DNA of 64,000 nucleotides from Corallochytrium limacisporum Hawaii (Eukaryota > Protista > Pluriformea). A program made the translations under genes and the position numbers. The stretch covers positions 186,001-250,000 of the forward strand of contig PDIP01000010.1 of assembly GCA_002811645.1 (NCBI GenBank). Direction: 5' to 3'. Numbering within the stretch: the stretch's first letter is position 1; each line of letters starts with the position of its first letter. A model generated the notes under the pieces. The model searched no databases. It saw nothing but the letters and a program-made list of their open reading frames with translations, and was not told the origin of the DNA. Positions 56,443 to 64,000 of this stretch are shown piece after piece.

Positions 56443-58486
56443 CTAGTCTATTCCATGATTCCTTTGTGTCGATATTCTGCTTTTCATCATCTGCAAAGAT
56501 TAGAAATGTTGCATCATTCTCGTCGAACCCCGACTTGTCCTCGTTGTCTGGTGCAAGTGACTTTCGGAAGAAGTCGTAACTCAGAGACGGCCTGTATGCT
56601 TTGAGCATGGCCCGTACACCGTGATCCCGGACTCTTACGCTAAAGTTCTTCATGATCACCACGTTCATGTTGGCCTTGTCCAAATCTGGATTATCACGCA
56701 TCAAATTAAAGAATCCATAGTAGTTATCCGTCATGAGACAGTCCAACACCTTGAAAGCATGACGCACCTCCATAGACTGGGCAATGCTCGGTTGCATACG
56801 CTTACGGATCGACATAGCTTCAGCGTATTGCTTTGTATAGCAATGGTACAGCACGGAGTAACCGGTAAACTCTGCTTCATGCGGATGCACAGGTCTAGAG
56901 TCCTGCTGCGTGGTCGTGTTCTCAACTTGATCTTGAGCTCTAAGTTGAGCACCGGTACGGACAGATCCCTTTTTCTTCTTTTTCTTCGTCCTGCTTGATG
57001 CCGCTCTTGGTTTAATGTCCTCATCAGGCTTAACCACAGCGTAAAGGTGACGCAGCTGACTCAGGCACTGATGCAGTTCCTCCATGTCATGGTTCTCGAG
57101 GGATATCCGTGCGTTCTGCTCGTAGACGTAAATTGTAAATGAATGGCGAATGCACTGCACCGTAAGATCTTGTCGGATGCTCTTCAACTGCTCTCCAGTG
57201 TACTCGTAGCTCTTCTGCTCTTTGTATCGCTTCAAGTGGAATTCCATTGCAGTTTTCAAAACTTCTTCACTACGCACGTCCTCTGGGTGCGGCGGTGCAG
57301 TCAAACGGAAGTATTTCTTCTCCAGGTTCTGTCCGGTACCAACAATGGCCAGATTGCTCCAGTCAACTTCATCCATGCCACTGATATCCACCTTCTGTTC
57401 ATGCGCCTGCGCAATCGCGAAATTTGGATGGGCAGTCATTAAATGCCCAGCAGACCGTCTGGGGGTGTCCGTTAATGACTTGGCGAAGCGATTTGCCCTG
57501 GCATTCTTTGTTTCATGGTCCTCCTGGAGCACACCGCTAGTGATGCTTGTAAGGGGTTCGTTGCTGATGGCTTGGCCACCCTTTGCTTTCTTAGGCTTTG
57601 GGGATTGCCGCGGTGTGGTAGTTGGCGAAGGTAGCGAATCCAACGGCAGGACTGTAACCTTTGGCTCCCTCTTTGAAATATGCTGCAAGGTGTCCAGGGT
57701 CCGCTGTTGGGGTAGGACTGATGTGGTCCCCGGCAATGATGAAGATGTCTTATTAAGGGTTCTTGTTGCACCGTTTTCAACCGTCTTGTCCTCGGGCGGT
57801 GGAGTCGCAAAGCGGCGCCTCTTACGTTTCTTTGTCGGTTGCTGCTGTGGCGTAGTGGTTGCTTCGTCCAGTGCGATACTGAGTCCTTGTGTAGTCCGTT
57901 TGTTCCGCAGAATCGGCGGCTCAAGATCCCAGTCCCTGGTCTGAATGTCCCCGCGAGCGTAAGCAGCTTCCAAGATTTGTTCAAGGGCCTTCTCAATTTC
58001 ACTTTCTTTGCCCTGCGCCTTGGCAGCTTCAAAGGATCGTGCTACGTAGTTTTTCAAGGATTCTGGCCACCCATCTTCGGCATTGTCGTTTTCGCTCTTA
58101 TTGATCTGGGCTTTTCCCTTGCTGTGTGCCGAAACGGATGAGCTGGTGGTGGTTGTCTTTTGACTTCCTGCTAGACCCTTTCGTCCAGCTGATTTCCGGT
58201 TGGTGGCAGCTACCGGGGACTGCGATAGAGTTGTTCTACGTCGTCCTGGCATGATACTCGAGTATGTTGGCGCCTGAACTGGAGAATCATTCTTCGCTGA
58301 GAAAGAAGACTGCAGAGACGCCTGCTGGCTGTGGGCAACCGATGCTGGCCGCGCTGCGGTGGAGGCACCAGCCGCGTATGGATTCGCTGGTGGCCACATC
58401 CCTGTCTCCGCAGCGTATTTGGCCCTCCATTCATTGTATTCACGCAGATATTTCGCCCACGCAGCAGCATTATCTTCCGTGCCCAT
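56423..58486 (-). CDS. LENG8: SAC3/GANP/THP3 family protein, LENG8-like
   Basis: WPESLKNYVARSF, RDWDLEP, IVGTGQNLEKKYFRLT, QLKSIRQDLTVQ, VYEQNARISLE; start at MGTEDN (58486). Confidence 0.88.
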   Translation of the reverse strand: MGTEDNAAAWAKYLREYNEWRAKYAAETGMWPPANPYAAGASTAARPASVAHSQQASLQSSFSAKNDSPVQAPTYSSIMPGRRRTTLSQSPVAATNRKSAGRKGLAGSQKTTTTSSSVSAHSKGKAQINKSENDNAEDGWPESLKNYVARSFEAAKAQGKESEIEKALEQILEAAYARGDIQTRDWDLEPPILRNKRTTQGLSIALDEATTTPQQQPTKKRKRRRFATPPPEDKTVENGATRTLNKTSSSLPGTTSVLPQQRTLDTLQHISKREPKVTVLPLDSLPSPTTTPRQSPKPKKAKGGQAISNEPLTSITSGVLQEDHETKNARANRFAKSLTDTPRRSAGHLMTAHPNFAIAQAHEQKVDISGMDEVDWSNLAIVGTGQNLEKKYFRLTAPPHPEDVRSEEVLKTAMEFHLKRYKEQKSYEYTGEQLKSIRQDLTVQCIRHSFTIYVYEQNARISLENHDMEELHQCLSQLRHLYAVVKPDEDIKPRAASSRTKKKKKKGSVRTGAQLRAQDQVENTTTQQDSRPVHPHEAEFTGYSVLYHCYTKQYAEAMSIRKRMQPSIAQSMEVRHAFKVLDCLMTDNYYGFFNLMRDNPDLDKANMNVVIMKNFSVRVRDHGVRAMLKAYRPSLSYDFFRKSLAPDNEDKSGFDENDATFLIFADDEKQNIDTKESWNRLVSLPGE

Positions 58487-58975
58487 TGCTAATCTATAGT
58501 GGCACCGAGTGTTCGGTTGCTTTGACTCCTGTTGTCTACTACTCCACCATTGTGGTCGCCCATTCGCGTAGTGTAATGCTATGTTCACATCGTCAAAACA
58601 GTGTGGTATACCCCAAAAAGGAACCACAACATATTTTACATGGCTTCAAACTGAAGGTTCAGACTTCCACTGTCCAAGTACCACCAGTGTCGGGAAAGGC
58701 TTATAAACGACATGTCACCGAAATTGAATGCCGCACTCAGCCCACCCTCCTCCAGACCGTGCGGTGCCTGCTCCCGTCGTTTCCCTCCCCCCCGTCCCGA
58801 CGGTACGCTTGGCAAAGGCGCCAGGCAAGGAGGCGCTCGCACGAAGAGTTCGCTGTCAGTGGCTATTTGAGACGAAACGATGTACTCGAACTTCTTATGG
58901 TATGAGCAAAGTTGCCACAAGGTCGGCAATCAAGGCCAACACTTTTTTCTTGTATTATAAAACAACAAGGTACAC

Positions 58976-58990
58976 ATGATCTTCGTCTGA
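58976..58990 (+). promoter_or_regulatory. Candidate uORF (MIFV-stop) whose TGA overlaps the first RNase H1 ATG
   Basis: ATG ATC TTC GTC TGA, overlapping as TGATG. Confidence 0.55.
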
Positions 58991-59943
58991 TGCTTTCGCT
59001 CTTACGCACCTGTAAAACCGTCGCGCCAAGCAGTCATCATTTAGGTTGTGTTTGTGTGATGGGTCGTGTGTCAAAAGGCAAAGCCTCGTACTATGGCGTG
59101 CGAAAGGGTCGAAAACCAGGCATCTATCGTGTCTGGGCCGATGCAGAAGCGCAAGTGAAGGGATTCACGGGAGCCGTGCACAAGAAATTCCCTAGCGAAG
59201 CGGAAGCACAGGCTTTTGTCTACGGACCAACTGGACAACATGCGACACAGGCAATGAAGTCCGGCACCAAGCTTCCATCCACAAAATCAGCACGAGCAAA
59301 GCCCAAGCCTTTCAGTAGACAGAGCGGGAATTTAGAGGTTGACTCGGTTTTGTCCAAGATCAAACTGATTCCCGACCAGGACAGCGACAGAGCCAAACCT
59401 GTCTACCTTCTTGGACGATACGTCGCGGGAAAGGGCAGCTTTTTAATCCACAAGGAAACCGACGCGGTTCACATTTGGACTGATGGTGCCAGCAGCAATA
59501 ATCAATACCAGGATGATCGGAGAAGGGCTGGCTACGGTGTCTTCTGGAATGAGAACCATCCGTGGAACACCAGTGAGCGACTGGCTGGGCCATGGAAGGT
59601 CCAAACAAATCAGCGCGCCGAGCTGATGGCCGCCCTCGATGCCATCGAAAGGGCCTCTGAACTTGATCGGGACTTGGTTTTGGTCACGGACTCGAACTAT
59701 GTCATCAAGGGCATGACGGGAGAATTCAAGAGCATCCTCAACAGTGTCAGTGCAGAGCGACTGGCACGGTCGGATCAGAGAGTCGAGGCGGTGGTCAACG
59801 GTGATCTTTGGCTGCGCATGTTTGCGTTGCTCAAGTCATCAAAGCGACAGATCAGTGTACAGCACGTGAAGGGCCACAGTGGTGCCTTTGGCAACGTAGA
59901 AGCGGACGATTTGGCAGTGAAAGGAGCGGCGAAATCGCAGTGA
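58990..59943 (+). CDS. RNASEH1: Ribonuclease H1 with hybrid-binding domain; second in-frame ATG at 59059
   Basis: HBD YYGVRKGRKPGIY..W...HKKF; catalytic WTDG, TNQRAEL, TDS, HVKGH, GNVEADDLA. Confidence 0.93.
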   Translation: MLSLLRTCKTVAPSSHHLGCVCVMGRVSKGKASYYGVRKGRKPGIYRVWADAEAQVKGFTGAVHKKFPSEAEAQAFVYGPTGQHATQAMKSGTKLPSTKSARAKPKPFSRQSGNLEVDSVLSKIKLIPDQDSDRAKPVYLLGRYVAGKGSFLIHKETDAVHIWTDGASSNNQYQDDRRRAGYGVFWNENHPWNTSERLAGPWKVQTNQRAELMAALDAIERASELDRDLVLVTDSNYVIKGMTGEFKSILNSVSAERLARSDQRVEAVVNGDLWLRMFALLKSSKRQISVQHVKGHSGAFGNVEADDLAVKGAAKSQ

Positions 59944-60076
59944 AGAACCTAAAGAAAGACAAACGTATAATAGTCACTACATAGTACCAGCAATGTCATT
60001 GTTTGAGAGAAATAGATACATTAGTGATCTGTATTTTAGTTGATTCTTTAACAATGCATTTTAACATCGGACATTC

Positions 60077-62152
60077 TCAGAGATCGGATTCACTCGTAGT
60101 GTGCACGCTTGTGGATGATGACTCCGCAGGATCTGCTGATACTTCCTGTTCGTGGTTGTCAGACTGTGTCACTGCATCCGGCGATTGTGCCTGGTGTTGG
60201 AGGATTGCCGCGTCGGTGGCTGACGAAACACGGGTGGGCGAATGCGATCCTTCCGACCTACGCAGATTGCGCCGGGTGGCCTCCAATTCACGTACAGAGA
60301 TCCTTAAGTGATTATCCGGTGAAGGCTCTCCCGTGCTAGTGCTACCAGAGTTTCGGACATTTGGGGATGCCTCACGCCTGTCGACGGAAGAGGGTTGAGG
60401 TGGTGCGTCGAGCAACTCCTTGAGTTCCAAAGGAGTGGTGGGTTCGGGCGTGGATATCTCCGGGCGCATTCTCCGCGATTCTAGCATGTCCTTTGCCAAA
60501 TGGTACAATTTAATTGCAATTAGGACGAGTCCCCGCCAGAGCAATCTTGCAACCAATTGGATGTACCTACGACCAGGACCGTAGCCATTCGCCAGGAGGG
60601 CAATGAAGGTGACGTTGAACACTAGTTTGGCAATCGGATTCTCCAAAATAGATAATCCGTAGTGTTCCTGGTTGAGGATCACCTGCTCCAAAGCATGAAT
60701 ACCAACCGCCCGTCCCAGCAGTGGCTGTGAGGTGGTTAGCAAGAGGAATGCACTAAGCACCACCAGTAGTCTGTCGAAGGAACGTTCGTCATGTTTCTTG
60801 AGCATCTTTTGGGTAATGTCCAATCGCCAGAAGCCGTACAAGGTAGCCAGAAGAATGTAGACCATCATGGTAACCTGTAATCCAACTGCAATTGGCGGAA
60901 TGAAGCGCCAAATGACTAATTGACTCAAACCGGCGGCCTTCAATGCCTCATCCGCATACCGATCGAGCTGGCGTATGACCGGGTTCACAGCTCCCCAGAG
61001 CATGTGCAAGGCAAACAGGGTGACCGCAATATAGTTGAATACAACGTGCATAGTGTGCACAGTCCTGGGGATACGGAAGGCAGGCATGCGTTCAAGTCCT
61101 GTGGCTTCTTGGGCGTTGTGCCGCATCTTACGGTATTCGTAGCTCTTCCGGAAGTCCTTACCCTGTAGCCTGCTAGAATACACGACCTTCACCTCGCCCT
61201 CGATTTCGTCAGCTTCATACCGGCCTTCCCCTTTGCTATCTTCTGGCACCATCATCAACATAGCAGGGTCTACTGCAACCTCATACTCCACACTGTATCG
61301 ATTGGTAACACTGGGAAGGGTCCTGAAGCCGTCCGGAGCGCACCACGCGAACATTGCAATACCCGCGAAACTGACCAGCAGTTGTAAAACCATAGGTACA
61401 GACTGCCAACTCAAACCGATGGTCCAGGTCGCGACTGCGGTAATTCCAAGAACTAGTGCAGCAATCTGAGCAATGACCACTATAGTTTCCAGCATGTACC
61501 CCCAGAACCCCTTTATGATAATCCCTTCCGCCTCGCGAATCAAGTACGCAAACGGCAACAGCGCAAACATACATATGTTGCTGCTGAGCAGTACTGCTTC
61601 CCAAACTCCAGAAATGAGATCAAAGGTCAGCCAATTGAGGTAATCCGACCCTTGGTTGTTGTGCAGAATGAAATAGCAGATGATTGTCATCGGTTGCAAC
61701 ACGGCCAGGAGAATGGATGTGGCTAGTGTATATGACGCAATGATTCGTTGGATCATGCCAGTGATCCATCCATATTCGGTTGACCGATTTCGATCATGCA
61801 AGACACGCCGCAATGCTGCGTTTTCTTCCCGTGACTGTGATCGTTTGTATTCGCTTATCGATGCTTCTCCTGTAGCCTGACTGCTTCTACGCCTTTGCTG
61901 AATCCGTTCAGTAAACACATTGTATTGCAGGACAATTAGATAGGACACCAAGAAGAGGATTACGTAAAGCGTCCCCAGTACTGTCTTTTCACGCACGCCC
62001 TCATCAAATTCCTGGCCATCAACAATATCATCATTAGTGTCATTTACTCCAGGTACACAGATGGATGACCCGTCGATATTGTTAAACTCGTCTGAGTTCC
62101 CGGCGCAAGATTGGCCTTCCTGTACCAAGTACGGCAATGCGAAGGAGCTCAT
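60077..62152 (-). CDS. LMBR1/LMBR1L-family multipass membrane protein
   Basis: 691 aa, multiple TM helices; YLNWLTFDLISGVW...SNICMFALLPFAYLIREAEG matches the LMBR1 block. Confidence 0.8.
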   Translation of the reverse strand: MSSFALPYLVQEGQSCAGNSDEFNNIDGSSICVPGVNDTNDDIVDGQEFDEGVREKTVLGTLYVILFLVSYLIVLQYNVFTERIQQRRRSSQATGEASISEYKRSQSREENAALRRVLHDRNRSTEYGWITGMIQRIIASYTLATSILLAVLQPMTIICYFILHNNQGSDYLNWLTFDLISGVWEAVLLSSNICMFALLPFAYLIREAEGIIIKGFWGYMLETIVVIAQIAALVLGITAVATWTIGLSWQSVPMVLQLLVSFAGIAMFAWCAPDGFRTLPSVTNRYSVEYEVAVDPAMLMMVPEDSKGEGRYEADEIEGEVKVVYSSRLQGKDFRKSYEYRKMRHNAQEATGLERMPAFRIPRTVHTMHVVFNYIAVTLFALHMLWGAVNPVIRQLDRYADEALKAAGLSQLVIWRFIPPIAVGLQVTMMVYILLATLYGFWRLDITQKMLKKHDERSFDRLLVVLSAFLLLTTSQPLLGRAVGIHALEQVILNQEHYGLSILENPIAKLVFNVTFIALLANGYGPGRRYIQLVARLLWRGLVLIAIKLYHLAKDMLESRRMRPEISTPEPTTPLELKELLDAPPQPSSVDRREASPNVRNSGSTSTGEPSPDNHLRISVRELEATRRNLRRSEGSHSPTRVSSATDAAILQHQAQSPDAVTQSDNHEQEVSADPAESSSTSVHTTSESDL

Positions 62153-64000
62153 TGTGTTACAGTGTTGTTCATGTATTCAACTACATCGTACAACTTTTGC
62201 TTCTTACATTTTCTTAAACTGCCCAACGGCAGGCTTCAGGCTCTGAATCAGCTCATGGTGAAATCTCAAGTCGTTTCATGCACCAAACGATTTCGCAGTA
62301 ACCCTTCCCAGACTCGCCGGTTTCTCCAATAGCAAGCCTTGCTCTATGGCTTCATCAATTACATTTATAAGATCTTCTCGTTAAAAAACCTTTTTTTTGT
62401 AAATTGAACCTTCACAAAGGTGATAAGTGCTGCCAAGAATCTGATGGTCTCTTGCGCTTTCTTTGTGCTCGTCCCGAGTTCGTTTGCTTGCTGTTCCCTT
62501 CCGGGACCCCGTCCCTTTGCGCATCACAGTCCCACAGGTCAATACTCAATATATGAGTTTTTGCGCAACCCACGCGAGACAGGGCGAATTTGAACCGGGC
62601 GACGATACTCTTCGGAGTCTTCGGCAAGACGCGGACCCTGAGGCAGACTATCGTACCCATACCATAGGACTCGAAATCCAAAGCTTTCCAAAGAATATTT
62701 TCTTGTACCACGTACTCAGAATGGGTCCCGTCCTGCATCAGAAAGGGAAACCAGATTGAAAACTTCTCCATAAGAGTTACCTGGGACCTCTTCGTGCACA
62801 CGTTCGCTTGAAGCCCCAGTTTTCATTAATTTCCCGCTTGAAAATCTGACACGAATCTTCAGTGTTCCCGAAAGTTTCCCCCGGTTTCCCATAGTAGACC
62901 TATGAGGTGTCCGGGGTCATAGTGTTTACTCCCATCATTTGTGAACAGCTGTCGGTGATGGGATCCCCTCTTGGTATATAATAGTCGTTTGCACTGGGGA
63001 TGGGAAGGCTAGGGCCGATGAGCCCCTCCCACCGCCTCCCCTTCCTTGCGGGGTTGGGGAGAGACCCGCTCCAGCAACAGTCGATGTGCGGCCCCTCCTC
63101 ACTCCCAAAGCTGTCCCCCTCGTATCATAGACTCACTATGAAACACTGTTTCTGGTCGAGAAGCAGAAGACCGACAAAACTGGGGAAATGAAAGCCCACC
63201 ACCACAGCGGGGGTTTGTCGTTTGGGTTTGCGTAGGACAGGGTTTTGGGCGGGAGTCCAAATTTGGGAGTCCAATTAGAATATCTGCCCTAGAACCGCCA
63301 TAGTCAGGAAGAGTGGACGCACCGTTATCGTTCTACGCCTCGGTGGAGAGATGAGGGCGACGCGAAACTAGGCCCCCGGAAGCGCCTCACGATGATTCGG
63401 GAACAGAGGATTTCAAAGATAAACCGAAAGTATATTGAATTTACGCCAACTTTGCACGTTCGGACTCTGGTGAATGTCGCCCCGTTGTGGTACTTTCAGT
63501 ATAGCCGGGACTGGCGAAAAGCCAGTTTTGCCTCGCCACCCAATTGTTGTGATGGGGGAGCGGATAGCCATAGTCACAGATTCCTTCATGAATGAGAAGG
63601 GCTGGATTTGGAGACCGGTGGTGACGACGAGGAAAACGATAGCGGGTTGATGGACTAAGCCACAGTCGCACAGTGTTGCGAACGTATTGAATGTGGTGTT
63701 GCTGATGTGAAAACGGGATTGCCCATTACATCTCATACCGAGACGGCCTCAATAAGCTAAATAGCATCTTCTGCTTAGGGGTTGGTTGGAAAGCTTGGTG
63801 ATCAATCAGATTAGAAATAGAGGAGTTGCTTCTCAGGTGCAGTAGTTCCGCAAATAATCAACTATGTCGGGGAGTCTGTACCAGTTGAGTAGAACCCTCC
63901 AGGGACATGAACAGGATGTCCGATGCTGCTGTGGTAGTACAAGTGGCGACGTTGCCACCGGTTCACGGGATCAGTCTGTTCGCCTCTGGACCGCAAGTGA

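Noticed and set aside
29637-59943. FANCD2, RMI1-like, RNF4-like and RNase H1 as a genome-maintenance cluster
   Set aside because: Interspersed with unrelated housekeeping genes; chance is sufficient
58990-59943. RNase H as a retroelement remnant
   Set aside because: Has the cellular hybrid-binding domain, and no RT, integrase or LTRs are nearby
62412-62801. 129-aa minus and 98-aa plus ORFs
   Set aside because: No recognisable family, so coding status cannot be supported

Overview
Eukaryotic nuclear DNA: gene-dense and almost intron-free, with about 22 protein-coding genes and only two detectable introns (both GTAAGT donors with TRCTAAC branch points). Animal-like genes (PASK, SH3-bearing ZDHHC6, CEP85-like, UBE2G1, FANCD2, RNF4-like, LMBR1) occur together with leucine biosynthesis. 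This suggests an intron-poor unicellular holozoan such as Corallochytrium; that is inference and was not checked by search. Highlights: (1) a single-chain LeuB-LeuC-LeuD enzyme next to a truncated, apparently gene-converted LeuB-only paralog; (2) both introns carry structured RNA, namely a box C/D snoRNA in the PMPCB intron and a ~345-nt foldback between a distal branch point and the acceptor in ZDHHC6; (3) GC-rich foldback/G4 islands upstream of gene starts but absent from convergent junctions, with the island expected for CEP85 apparently lying inside the ZDHHC6 intron; (4) a mammal-like uORF plus two-AUG design in RNase H1; (5) a membrane-anchored two-domain alginate-lyase-family protein next to GDP-mannose pyrophosphorylase. 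There are three assembly gaps. No tRNA, rRNA, CRISPR array or transposase was recognised. All base-pairings were found by eye, not computed.
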